The notes beneath the pieces were generated by a model that worked only from the letters and a program-made list of their open reading frames with translations, did not search any database and was not told where the DNA came from. From Lama guanicoe (taxonomy: Eukaryota): 64,000 bases of DNA. Positions 63,805 to 64,000 of the stretch are shown here, piece after piece. Location: positions 2,728,011 through 2,792,010 of the forward strand of contig MU054117.1 in NCBI GenBank assembly GCA_013239625.1. Direction: 5' to 3'. Position numbers and translations under genes: made by a program. The stretch's first letter is position 1, and every line of letters starts with the position of its first letter.

Positions 63805-63900
63805 ATGGATAAAGAAGAGGAAGGGGCTCAGAGAGGTGAAGTGACTTCCTCAAAGCCACCTAGCTGTTTAATGACGGAGCTGGGACCAGAGCCAGGGCCA
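63805..63900 (-). mobile_element. MIR fragment
   Basis: GGCTCAGAGAGGTGAAGTGACTT..CAAAGCCAC. Confidence 0.75.
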
Positions 63901-64000
63901 CCGAGCCCTGCAGGGGTGCTCCTCCTCCACATCACGCCATGTCTTTACCTCCCGTGGACAGACACGCTCTTCCAGGGAGAGATGCTGGGAAGGAGACTCA

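Noticed and set aside
1..64000. CRISPR array, operon or defence-type system
   Set aside because: Mammalian repeat-rich DNA; no regularly spaced repeats with spacers and no gene-dense coding structure.

Overview
This is GC-rich mammalian genomic DNA, most likely camelid, judged from a Vic-1-like tRNA-derived SINE at ~21626-21763. It is not prokaryotic: there is no operon, CRISPR array, rRNA or true tRNA. I found no intact protein-coding exon. The ORF track is explained by GC richness, microsatellites and transposon debris, and the only recognisable peptides are LINE-1 ORF2/ORF1 remnants and a possible Gypsy-like gag-protease relic. The window opens on a CpG-island promoter with a non-coding first exon of an unidentified minus-strand gene (donor CGG|GTAAGT at 530/529). 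The remaining ~63 kb is upstream/intergenic sequence with further CpG-rich islands (~4.9-5.5, ~19.3-20.1, ~23.1-23.7, ~28.5-29.2 kb) and many repeats (L1, L2, MIR, hAT/Tc2 DNA transposons, ERV LTRs). The most notable items are a TSD-flanked chimeric L1 with a foreign, older-type 3' end, an orphan NRF1-motif-triplicated CpG promoter with splice donors on both strands, an ancient Gypsy-like relic, a gapless diverged duplication at a 400-bp offset, and apparent AT-to-GC drift in old repeats. Repeat family names come from recalled consensus sequences and need RepeatMasker/Dfam confirmation. Boundaries are approximate unless stated. I do not see a convincing new biological system.
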